Assembly: GCF_014359475.1 (NCBI RefSeq)
Contig: NZ_JACIZI010000022.1
Length of the DNA stretch: 64,000 nucleotides
Origin: Marinobacter sp.
Lineage (GTDB): Bacteria > Pseudomonadota > Gammaproteobacteria > Pseudomonadales > Oleiphilaceae
Strand: one strand, 5' to 3'
The position numbers and the translations under genes were made by a program. Positions 55,688 to 64,000 of this stretch are shown here, one piece after another; the first letter of the stretch is position 1, and every line of letters starts with the position of its first letter. The notes under the pieces are model-generated. The model made no database searches, was not told the origin of the DNA, and saw only the letters and a list, made by a program, of their open reading frames with translations.

Positions 55688-57373
55688 ATGACCGAGGCAG
55701 TTGCCAGCCAGGAACCGGCACCACAACCACTGGTCGCCCGACGCAGCCCGCGCAAATGGCTGACCGCCGCAATGGTGATTACCGCCATTGTCGCCCTGCC
55801 GGTGTTCTCGGTGCTGTACCTGGCCCTGTTCCCGGACGAGAACATCTGGCCGCACCTGATTGACACTACCCTGCCCCGTTACCTGGTGACCACTTTCCAG
55901 CTCATGTTCGGGGTGGGCATCATCACCCTGGTGATCGGCCTGGCCACCGCCTGGACGGTGACCATGTGCGAGTTTCCGGGACGGCGTTTTTTTGAATGGG
56001 CACTGTTGCTGCCCTTTGCCGTGCCGGCCTATGTGATCGCCTATGTGTACACCAGCCTGCTGGATTACGCCGGGCCGGTGCAGAAGACCCTGCGGGACTG
56101 GTTCGGCTGGGAAAGCGCCCGGGACTACTGGTTCCCGGAAATCCGCACCCTTGAGGGAGCCACCCTGATGATCGGACTGGTACTCTACCCTTATGTATAC
56201 CTGCTGGCGCGGGCGGCGTTCCTGGAACAGAGCCCGTCACTTTTTGCAGTCAGCCGCAGCCTGGGCCATAGCGCCCTGAGCACTTTCTTCCACGTGGTAT
56301 TGCCCATCGCCCGTCCGGCCGTGGCCGTGGGGCTGTCACTGGTTCTGATGGAGACCCTGAACGACTTCGGTACCGTGGATTTCTTCGCGGTACAGACCCT
56401 CACCGCCGGCCTGTTCGACACCTGGATGAACCTCGGCAACCTGGGCGGTGCGGCGCAGATCGCCACCACCATGCTGGCCTTCGTGGTGATCCTGGTTACC
56501 CTGGAGCGCTACTCCCGGCGCCGTCAATCCCAGTACGCCGCCCGCGACAACCGGGAGCCCATCCAGCGCTTTACCATGCCCATGTCCCGGCAGCTGATCT
56601 GCCTCGCCGTTTGCGCCCTGCCGGTGATTTTCGGCTTCCTGCTGCCAGCCATCACCCTGGCCCAGTTTGCCTGGACGTATTTCGACCAAAGCTGGAACAG
56701 CGACTTTATCCGCAACAGCCTGAACAGCCTGTTCCTCTCCGGTGCCGCCGCCCTGACCACCCTGCTGCTGGGCGTAACACTGGCCTACAGCCGCCGGCTG
56801 CATAACACCCGGGGCATGCAGGTGATGCTGCGCCTCTCCAGCCTTGGCTATGCCATGCCGGGCGCGGTACTGGCCGTGGGCGTGATTGTGCCGCTGGCAG
56901 GCTTCGACAACTGGTTCGATGGCTTGATGCGGGACTGGTTTGGGGTCAGCACCGGCCTGCTCCTCAGTGGGTCAGCATTCGCCCTGGTGTTTGCCTACAC
57001 CGTGCGCTTCCTGGCAGTCTCCGCTGGCAGCGTGGAAAGCGCCCTGCAGAAAGTCACCCCCAGCATGGACATGGCCTCTCGCTCCCTGGGTCACAGTCCG
57101 GGACAGACCCTGGTCAGGGTTCACCTGCCCATCCTGCGCGGAACCCTGATGACCGCCGCCCTGGTGGTCTTTGTGGACGTTATGAAAGAACTGCCCGCGA
57201 CACTGATCCTGCGGCCCTTCAACTTCGATACCCTGGCCACCTACGTCTACCAGTTTGCTTCCGACGAAATGCTGGCCCACAGCGCTCTGCCCGCCCTGGT
57301 CATCGTGCTTGCGGGCATTATCCCCATCATCCTGATGAGCCGCTCCATCGCCAACACCCGCTCCATCGGCTGA
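55688..57373 (+). CDS. fbpB: Fe(III) ABC transporter permease (FbpB/FutB family)
   Basis: Duplicated permease; PFAVPAYVIAY, METLNDFGTV and KELPATLILRPFNFDTLA motifs. Confidence 0.92.
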   Translation: MTEAVASQEPAPQPLVARRSPRKWLTAAMVITAIVALPVFSVLYLALFPDENIWPHLIDTTLPRYLVTTFQLMFGVGIITLVIGLATAWTVTMCEFPGRRFFEWALLLPFAVPAYVIAYVYTSLLDYAGPVQKTLRDWFGWESARDYWFPEIRTLEGATLMIGLVLYPYVYLLARAAFLEQSPSLFAVSRSLGHSALSTFFHVVLPIARPAVAVGLSLVLMETLNDFGTVDFFAVQTLTAGLFDTWMNLGNLGGAAQIATTMLAFVVILVTLERYSRRRQSQYAARDNREPIQRFTMPMSRQLICLAVCALPVIFGFLLPAITLAQFAWTYFDQSWNSDFIRNSLNSLFLSGAAALTTLLLGVTLAYSRRLHNTRGMQVMLRLSSLGYAMPGAVLAVGVIVPLAGFDNWFDGLMRDWFGVSTGLLLSGSAFALVFAYTVRFLAVSAGSVESALQKVTPSMDMASRSLGHSPGQTLVRVHLPILRGTLMTAALVVFVDVMKELPATLILRPFNFDTLATYVYQFASDEMLAHSALPALVIVLAGIIPIILMSRSIANTRSIG

Positions 57374-57392
57374 GTCTCGTTTTTCCCTTCCC

Positions 57393-57424
57393 GGGCCGGG
57401 ATGGTATTTTCGCTATCCCGGCCC
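57393..57424. terminator. Hairpin between convergent permease and acyl-CoA synthetase genes
   Basis: GGGCCGGGATGG/CTATCCCGGCCC stem. Confidence 0.6.
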
Positions 57425-57433
57425 GCTTCCAGA

Positions 57434-59098
57434 TCACCAGATCACCGGTTCACGGCGGGCGTACCACTCATCCACTTGCGGCGCGTAGGCGTCCTCCACC
57501 ATATTGCGTTTGAGTTTCAGGGTGGGTGTAAGAAAGTCGTTTTCAATACTCCAGTCGTCGCTCACCACCTTGATAAACGCCAGCTGCTCGTGTGGGTCCA
57601 CGGTCTTGTTTACTTCCGCTATCAGCTCCCGGAAGCTCTTCTCCAGGTCCGCGCGGATGGCACTGTCTGCCAGCCTGGACGACGTTTCCTCGTCCAACAT
57701 CACCAGTGCATGGGGCTGAGTCTGGTTGGCTCCGGACACACACACCATCTCGATGGCGCTGTGGGACATGAGCCTGTTCTCGATTGGGGCAGGGGCAATA
57801 TATTTACCCTTGCTGGTCTTGAAAATCTCCTTCAGGCGGCCAGTCAGGCGCAGGCGGCCCAGCTCGTCCAGCTCCCCCTTGTCGCCGGTACGCAGATAGC
57901 CGTCTTCGGTGAAAGCCTCTCTGGTTTTCTCTTCGTCCTTGTAGTAACCCAGCATGGAGCCCGGGCTTTTGACCAGCACTTCGCCGTGTTCGCCAATCTT
58001 CACCTCTACCCCCGGCAGTGGCTCACCCACATAACCGGTGCGGGCGCGGCCCGGTCTGGACATATGGGAGTAAGCAAAGTTTTCAGACATGCCATAGCCT
58101 TCCAGCAGTTCCAGGCCAAGGCTGCGGTACCACTCCAGCACATCGCCGGCCAGGGGTGCCGAACCACTGGCGGCCAGCCTGACCTTGTCCAGGCCAAGCT
58201 GTTGCAGGATCTTTTTCTTGATCACCCCCCGCAGCACCGGGAGTTTCAGCAGCATGTCGAGCTTCTTCCGGGGCATTTTCTGCAACACACCGTGCTGGAA
58301 CTTCACCCACAGACGTGGCACGGACACGAACAGGGTCGGCCGGGCCCGGCGCAGATCCTCCACAAAGGTGTCCAGTGAATCCGCAAAATAAATGTGGAAG
58401 CCACAGTATATGGAGCCCAGTTCCACAAAGGTTCGTTCAAACACATGGGCCAGCGGCAGGTACGACAGAACCCGTTCATTGGAACTCACATTCATGAACT
58501 CGGTGCCACCCCTGGCCGCGTAAGCCATGGCACCGAAACTCAGCATCACGCCCTTCGGGCGGCCCGTACTGCCGGAGGTATAAACAATCGTGGCCAAATC
58601 GTCCGCGGAGCGCCGGGTATTCTGCTCCAGGGGCGGGTGCTTGCTGACAATATCATCCCAGGTTTCAAAATCATTGGGCGGGCTCAGCGGGTAGGAAATA
58701 CAGCGCACAGAATCCGGCACGCCCGGCTTCATGGTATCCCAGTCATCCAGTTTACCCACAAACAGCACCTCACAGCCGGCATGATCCAGCACATACTCAA
58801 CCGTGTCGGCATTGAGAGTCGGGTACAGCGGCACGGAAACATGGCCGGCCATCCAGATCGCCCAGTCAGTCATGATCCAGTGAGCGCAGTTCTTGGAAAG
58901 TATGGCGATGCGACTGCCCTCCGGCAGACCCAGGGACTTCAGGTACGCAGCCATGCGGCGGGCCTCGCCCACAGCGCGCCGCCAGGTGTAGTCCACCACC
59001 TTGCCGTCACCCATGGGCTGTGTCATATAAATCAGTTCTGCACGGGCAGTCTCCCAGTGATAGACCATATCAAGCGGGAGTTTATTATTAATATCCAT
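57434..59098 (-). CDS. Long-chain fatty acyl-CoA synthetase (AMP-binding)
   Basis: ATG at 59098; YTSGSTGRPKG, YLPLAH, EGYGMSE, TGDKG and TPTLKLKR motifs. Confidence 0.92.
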   Translation of the reverse strand: MDINNKLPLDMVYHWETARAELIYMTQPMGDGKVVDYTWRRAVGEARRMAAYLKSLGLPEGSRIAILSKNCAHWIMTDWAIWMAGHVSVPLYPTLNADTVEYVLDHAGCEVLFVGKLDDWDTMKPGVPDSVRCISYPLSPPNDFETWDDIVSKHPPLEQNTRRSADDLATIVYTSGSTGRPKGVMLSFGAMAYAARGGTEFMNVSSNERVLSYLPLAHVFERTFVELGSIYCGFHIYFADSLDTFVEDLRRARPTLFVSVPRLWVKFQHGVLQKMPRKKLDMLLKLPVLRGVIKKKILQQLGLDKVRLAASGSAPLAGDVLEWYRSLGLELLEGYGMSENFAYSHMSRPGRARTGYVGEPLPGVEVKIGEHGEVLVKSPGSMLGYYKDEEKTREAFTEDGYLRTGDKGELDELGRLRLTGRLKEIFKTSKGKYIAPAPIENRLMSHSAIEMVCVSGANQTQPHALVMLDEETSSRLADSAIRADLEKSFRELIAEVNKTVDPHEQLAFIKVVSDDWSIENDFLTPTLKLKRNMVEDAYAPQVDEWYARREPVIW

Positions 59099-59384
59099 GA
59101 AACTGTCCTTACGTTGTGCGTGTGTTTTGTTGTAGTTATTGACGATACAGGATAATGCGACTGGTCTGACTTTGGTAGTACCCCTCCCCTGGCACTTCCC
59201 CCGAACCCCGGCCAGCCCCACTCTGTAAATAATCGTATTCTGCCCCAACCCAATGTCACATCGCTGTGGTAGACTTTGCAGCCCGGAATTCACCTGCAGA
59301 GAGCCCATGGTTCACTCCGCAGAAGCCAGTACGGAGTGAACCAGGGGCTCCTCAACCCAAACCCATCAGCGGGAGACTCGGCTT

Positions 59385-60362
59385 ATGGCCAGGCAGATTT
59401 TTCGCACTCTTGCCGGGGTAATAATGCTGGCAGCAGCAACCCTGACCCAGGCAGACGATCACCAGACTGTGGTAGCCATTACCCAGATCGTGGAACACCC
59501 GGCTCTGGATGCCGTGTATCAAGGCGTAAAGGACGAACTCGCCGAACAGGGATACACCGAAGGCGAAAACCTGAAAATGATGCATGAAAGCGCCCAGGGC
59601 AACCAGGCCATTGCCGCCCAGATCGCCCGCAAGTTTGTTGGTGAGCATCCGGATGTCATTGTGGCCATCGCCACCCCCTCCGCCCAGACAGTAGCCGCCG
59701 CCGCCCGCAACATTCCCGTTGTCTTCTCCGCCGTGACCGACCCGGTCGCTGCCAGACTGGTGCAAAGCTGGGAAAAGCCCGGGGCCAACATTACCGGTGT
59801 CAGCGACATGCTGCCGATCGACAAACACCTGGACATGCTGCTGCGCGTCATGCCGGATGCCAGGCGCATCGGCACCGTATACAACCCGGGCGAGGCCAAC
59901 GCAGTGGCACTGGTTGAAATGATCGAAGAACGACTGGAAGAGCGCGGGCTGGAACTGGTCAGGGGGGCTGCCACCAAAACCTCCGAAGTGCTGGGCGCCG
60001 CCCGCTCACTGGTCGGCAAGGTGGATGCCATCTATCTGACCACAGACAACACGGTGATCAGCGCGGCCGAAGCCGTGATATCCGTTGGCGAGCGGGCCGA
60101 CATCCCGGTATTCGCCGCAGACACCGCCACCGTGGAGCGCGGTGCAGTGGCAGCCCTGGGCTTTGACTATTACAGGCACGGCCGCCAGACCGGCAAAATG
60201 GTCACCCGCATTCTCGATGGTGCGGACACCGCCACCATGCCCGTTGAAACCATGGAAGAGCTGGACCTGTTCGTGAACCCCGGTGCCGCCGAGCGTATGG
60301 GCATCACCCTGACCGACGACCTGATCCAGAAAGCCAAAAAAGTCGTCAAAAGCGACAACTAA
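59385..60362 (+). CDS. ABC transporter substrate-binding protein (TrpX / ABC_sub_bind family; likely aromatic amino acid)
   Basis: QIVEHPALDA, IATPSAQ, AVTDPV, NITGVSD, YNPGEAN and TDNTV motifs. Confidence 0.9.
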   Translation: MARQIFRTLAGVIMLAAATLTQADDHQTVVAITQIVEHPALDAVYQGVKDELAEQGYTEGENLKMMHESAQGNQAIAAQIARKFVGEHPDVIVAIATPSAQTVAAAARNIPVVFSAVTDPVAARLVQSWEKPGANITGVSDMLPIDKHLDMLLRVMPDARRIGTVYNPGEANAVALVEMIEERLEERGLELVRGAATKTSEVLGAARSLVGKVDAIYLTTDNTVISAAEAVISVGERADIPVFAADTATVERGAVAALGFDYYRHGRQTGKMVTRILDGADTATMPVETMEELDLFVNPGAAERMGITLTDDLIQKAKKVVKSDN

Positions 60363-60426
60363 CGCCTGACCCGCGGGTGGATCCCACAAGGGCCCGCCCG
60401 CTTTCTTGCACGGTGAACCCATACCC

Positions 60427-61329
60427 ATGCTCAGCAATATTGCATTCTACGGAGCGCTGGAGACAGGCCTGATCTATGGCCTGGTTGCCTTCGGTATCTA
60501 CCTTTCATTTCGCGTACTCGACTTCCCGGATCTGACCGTTGATGGCAGCTTCCCGCTGGGGGCCGCCGTTGCCGCCGTGTTGATTCTGGATGGCTGGAAC
60601 CCCTGGCTGGCCACCGGCTGCGCCGCTCTGGCGGGCATGGGTGCCGGCGCGGTTACGGCTCTGCTGAACGTAAAACTCAACATCCTCAACCTGCTCGCCT
60701 CCATTCTCACCATGATTGCGCTCTACTCGGTCAACCTGCGCATCATGGGCCGGCCCAATCTGGCCCTGCTGCAGGAAGAAACCGTACTCACCCCCTGGTA
60801 TGACCTGGGGCTGCAATTCCATCAGGTACCCGTGTTGCTGTTCAGCATCGTTGCACTGGTCAGCCTGGTGCTGCTGTGGCGCTTCATGAAATCCGAAACC
60901 GGCCTGGCGATGCGCGCCACCGGTGCCAACCCGCGCATGGCCCGGGCCCAGGGCATCGCCACCGGCGGCATGATTGTATTGGGCGTGGCCCTGTCCAACG
61001 GCCTGGTCGGTCTGGCCGGTGCCCTGTTCGCCCAGAGCCAGGGCGCCGCGGATGTCACCATGGGCGTAGGCGTGATCGTGATCGGCCTGGCCTCACTGAT
61101 TGGCGGCGAAGCCGTGGTGACACCCTCAACTGTGCTGCGGGCGTTGATTGCCTGCGTGGTGGGCGCCATTATTTACCGGCTGGCCATCGCCCTTGCCCTG
61201 AACGCCGACTTCCTCGGCCTCAAGGCCCAGGACCTGAACCTGATTACCGCCGTACTGGTCACCCTGGCGATCGTACTGCCCGGTGTGCGCACCAAAGTGG
61301 CGGGCAGACTGACCCGTAACAAAGCCTGA
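60427..61329 (+). CDS. ABC transporter permease (TrpY-like)
   Basis: LSFRVLDFPDLTVDGSFPLG, GLAMRATG and GVIVIGLASLI motifs. Confidence 0.9.
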   Translation: MLSNIAFYGALETGLIYGLVAFGIYLSFRVLDFPDLTVDGSFPLGAAVAAVLILDGWNPWLATGCAALAGMGAGAVTALLNVKLNILNLLASILTMIALYSVNLRIMGRPNLALLQEETVLTPWYDLGLQFHQVPVLLFSIVALVSLVLLWRFMKSETGLAMRATGANPRMARAQGIATGGMIVLGVALSNGLVGLAGALFAQSQGAADVTMGVGVIVIGLASLIGGEAVVTPSTVLRALIACVVGAIIYRLAIALALNADFLGLKAQDLNLITAVLVTLAIVLPGVRTKVAGRLTRNKA

Positions 61330-61339
61330 GGAGTTATTG

Positions 61340-62134
61340 ATGATTTCCGCAACCGACCTCAAGCTGACCTTTGGCAAGGGCACCCCGCTGGAAAACCCGG
61401 CCCTGCGCGGCATGAGCCTGACCGTGAATCAGGGTGAATTTGTCACCGTGATCGGCAGCAATGGCGCCGGTAAATCCACCTTCCTGAACGCCCTGGCCGG
61501 CGAAGTGATGGTGGACAGCGGCAAGATCGTGGTGGACAACCAGGATGTCACCAAACTGCCGACCCACAAACGCGCTTCCCGGGTGGCCCGGGTGTTCCAG
61601 GACCCGCTGGCGGGCACCTGCGAAGGCCTCACCATCGAGGAAAACCTCGCCCTGGCCATCAAACGTGGCCAGCGCCGGGGCCTGACCGCTGCTGTTAAAA
61701 AACAGTACCTGGACACGTTCCGCAACAGCCTGTCCTCCCTCAACCTGGGCCTGGAAGACCGCCTGGGTGACAAAATGGGCCTGCTCTCCGGGGGCCAGCG
61801 CCAGGCCGTCAGCCTGCTGATGGCCAGCCTGACTCCATCGGCGATTCTGCTGCTGGACGAACACACCGCCGCCCTCGACCCGAAAACCGCCCGCTTTGTG
61901 CTGGAACTGACCGAAAAAATCATCGCGGAACAGAAGCTCACCGCCCTGATGGTCACCCACAGCATGAAGCAGGCCCTGGAAGTGGGAAGCCGCACCGTCA
62001 TGCTGCACCAGGGACAAGTGGTGTTCGATATCGCCGGCGCAGACCGGCAAGGCCTGGAGGTGAAGGACCTGCTGGGCCTGTTCGAGAAACAGCGCGGCCT
62101 GACCGTGGACGACGACAGCCTGCTGCTGGGCTGA
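61340..62134 (+). CDS. ABC transporter ATP-binding protein (TrpZ-like)
   Basis: GSNGAGKST, LSGGQRQ and LLDEHTAALDP motifs. Confidence 0.92.
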   Translation: MISATDLKLTFGKGTPLENPALRGMSLTVNQGEFVTVIGSNGAGKSTFLNALAGEVMVDSGKIVVDNQDVTKLPTHKRASRVARVFQDPLAGTCEGLTIEENLALAIKRGQRRGLTAAVKKQYLDTFRNSLSSLNLGLEDRLGDKMGLLSGGQRQAVSLLMASLTPSAILLLDEHTAALDPKTARFVLELTEKIIAEQKLTALMVTHSMKQALEVGSRTVMLHQGQVVFDIAGADRQGLEVKDLLGLFEKQRGLTVDDDSLLLG

Positions 62135-62145
62135 CCATTTTCTGA

Positions 62146-62450
62146 CCACAACATCTAGTGGTCAGCCCTTGGCAAAGGCCGGCCACTGCGTAGCCGCGAT
62201 TTTCAGCATTTTCAAGCTTTCTTTCATTGAATTTCTTGTGGGGAGTCCTCTTTGTAATAGTTCCGCTCTAGTTCACACACCACAATATCCTGTTATACTT
62301 CGTTCAGTCGCACCTATATATAGGGTTACCGGAAACCGACCTCCCGGAGAACCTGCGCACCATGACGGCGCATGGCAGCTACCGCGGAAGCGCACCATAA
62401 AGCCTATTTCCGACACCCTGGCGACACATACAAGACACCAAATGTAGTGG
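62146..62450. promoter_or_regulatory. NrdR boxes upstream of nrdJ
   Basis: Cores CAACATCTAG (62149), CAATATCCTG (62283), CTATATATAG (62314) and CCAAATGTAG (62438); the middle pair is 31 bp apart, the usual NrdR tandem spacing. Confidence 0.75.
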
Positions 62451-62554
62451 TTAGATTCACAACATCACCACATCACCACATCAAGCACCAGTAGGATGGC
62501 CGGCAGTATCCAAACCGGCCTTAAACCTGAATTACCGGACAATCGAGGGTGGCA

Positions 62555-64000
62555 ATGAACGTTAAGGCACAGGCTGTGGTAACAACAATACCCATGCAGG
62601 AAGCGTCGCTGGATATCTGGAGCAGCAAGTACCAGCTGAAAACCAAAACCGGCGAAGCGGTCGACAAAGACATCGACGCAACCTATGAGCGCGTTGCCAG
62701 AGCGCTGGCCGAGGTAGAAAACAAGTCCGTACGCACCAGGCATATGAAGGACTTCATCTGGGCACTGCAGAACGGCGCCATTCCCGCCGGCCGGATCACC
62801 TCCAACGCCGGTGCCGAAGCCCACAAGCCGGCCACCTCCACCATCAACTGCACCGTGTCCGGCACCGTGCAGGACTCCATGAACGACATCCTGGAGAAAA
62901 ACCACGAAGCCGGCCTGACCCTCAAGGCCGGCTGCGGCATCGGTTATGAGTTCTCCACCCTGCGCCCGCGCGGTGCCTACGTGGCCGGAGCCGGCGCCAC
63001 CACCTCCGGCCCGCTGTCCTTCATGGATATCTTCGACCGCATGTGCTTCACCGTGTCCTCCGCCGGTGGCCGCCGTGGTGCCCAGATGGCCACCTTCGAC
63101 GTACACCATCCGGACGTACTGGAATTCATCCAGGCCAAGCGTGAGGACGGCCGCCTGCGCCAGTTCAACCTGTCCCTGCTGATCACCGAAGACTTCATCG
63201 AAGCGGTGCGCAACGATGCCGACTGGCACCTGTCCTTCCCGGTGACCCGCAAAGAAGCAGAAGACGAAGGCCTGGACCTGGAGGATGCAAGCCAGTTCGT
63301 CTACCGTGACTTCCCGGTGCTGGACGGCTACGTGGTCAACGACGAAGGCAAGGTCGCCTGCCGTATTTACCAGACGGTGAAAGCCCAGTTCATCTGGGAC
63401 AGCATCATGACCAGCACCTACGATTACGCAGAGCCCGGCTTCATCCTGATCGACAAGGTCAACCAGATGAACAACAACTGGTTCTGCGAAGACATCCGCG
63501 CCACCAACCCCTGCGGCGAACAACCCCTGCCCCCGTACGGCAGCTGCCTGCTGGGTTCCGTGAACCTGACCAAGTTCGTGGACTACCCCTTCACCGACAA
63601 AGCCAGCTTCAACTACGAGAAATACCGCAAGGTGGTGGGCATCTTCACCCGCATGCTGGATAACGTAGTGGAAATCAACGGCCTGCCCCTGGAACAGCAG
63701 CGCCACGAGATCACCTACAAGCGCCGCCACGGCATGGGCATCCTGGGCCTGGGTTCCACCCTCACCATGCTGCGCATGGCCTACGGCTCTGAAGAGTCCG
63801 TCCGGTTTACCGAAGAAGTCGTACGCGAAATGGCCGTGGAAGGCTGGCGCCAGTCCCTGACCCTGGCCGAAGAAAAGGGCCCGGCACCGATCATGGAAGA
63901 CGACTTCGAAATCACCCCGAAGATGCTTGGCAAATGCCCCAGGCTCGCCGAAGAAGGCTACAAGGTGGGTGACAAGCTCAAGGGTAAGGTACTGCACGCC
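62555..64000 (+). CDS. nrdJ: Class II (adenosylcobalamin-dependent) ribonucleotide reductase, NrdJ/NrdJa type (runs off window end)
   Basis: Not in ORF track. MNVKAQAVVTTIPMQEASLDIW...PAGRITSNAG...TINCTVS...GGRRGAQM...ATNPCGEQPLPPYGSCLLGS; no ATP-cone; NrdR boxes upstream. Confidence 0.93.
   Translation, partial: MNVKAQAVVTTIPMQEASLDIWSSKYQLKTKTGEAVDKDIDATYERVARALAEVENKSVRTRHMKDFIWALQNGAIPAGRITSNAGAEAHKPATSTINCTVSGTVQDSMNDILEKNHEAGLTLKAGCGIGYEFSTLRPRGAYVAGAGATTSGPLSFMDIFDRMCFTVSSAGGRRGAQMATFDVHHPDVLEFIQAKREDGRLRQFNLSLLITEDFIEAVRNDADWHLSFPVTRKEAEDEGLDLEDASQFVYRDFPVLDGYVVNDEGKVACRIYQTVKAQFIWDSIMTSTYDYAEPGFILIDKVNQMNNNWFCEDIRATNPCGEQPLPPYGSCLLGSVNLTKFVDYPFTDKASFNYEKYRKVVGIFTRMLDNVVEINGLPLEQQRHEITYKRRHGMGILGLGSTLTMLRMAYGSEESVRFTEEVVREMAVEGWRQSLTLAEEKGPAPIMEDDFEITPKMLGKCPRLAEEGYKVGDKLKGKVLHA

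Noticed and set aside
59224-59241. TyrR/PhhR box (TGTAAA-N6-TATTCT)
   Set aside because: The right half-site is too divergent to support.
59253-59339. 28-aa uORF (MSHRCGRLCSPEFTCREPMVHSAEASTE) as an attenuator leader peptide
   Set aside because: No Trp/Tyr/Phe codon run and no RBS; it starts upstream of the likely TSS.
62169-62447. 92-aa ORF in the nrdJ upstream region
   Set aside because: TTG start, no RBS, atypical composition, and it overlaps NrdR boxes.
62135-62554. Cobalamin riboswitch before the B12-dependent reductase
   Set aside because: No B12-box or conserved core recognised; the region is explained by NrdR sites.
62465-63997. 510-aa minus-strand ORF
   Set aside because: Antisense shadow of nrdJ, which the track missed because it runs off the window.

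Overview
This 64 kb window is GC-rich gammaproteobacterial chromosome, and gene content and order suggest a Marinobacter-like organism (inference). It is almost entirely core genome. In order it holds fadA (partial) and fadB, a secreted hypothetical protein, usp, uup, a MOSC protein, tRNA-Gly, DUF924, a CbiX/SirB chelatase, TIGR01777, tRNA-Glu, a GGDEF-EAL protein and ackA-pta. Next come the der-bamB-yfgM-hisS-ispG-rodZ-pilW-rlmN-ndk-iscS-iscR-cysE-trmJ block, suhB, secF-secD-yajC-tgt-queA, tRNA-Leu and flgBCDEFGHIJKL. The last part holds a nitroreductase, DUF962-cyaB, queF, yadGH, an HD-GYP-like protein, PilZ, an Fe(III) ABC binding protein and permease, an acyl-CoA synthetase, an aromatic-amino-acid-type ABC transporter and class II ribonucleotide reductase nrdJ (partial). 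I saw no integrase, transposase, prophage, CRISPR array or defence island, and I cannot support a new multi-gene system. The best hidden signals are: (1) a 43-aa CcoM-like membrane protein absent from the ORF track, with an ANR/FNR-type class II promoter; (2) two apparent pseudo-enzymes, a SuhB and an HD-GYP protein that have lost metal ligands; (3) an isc operon reduced to iscR-iscS with a C-terminally shortened IscS; (4) structured DNA/RNA elements between the acyl-CoA synthetase and the ABC transporter. Family assignments come from motifs I recognised by eye; no database searches were run.
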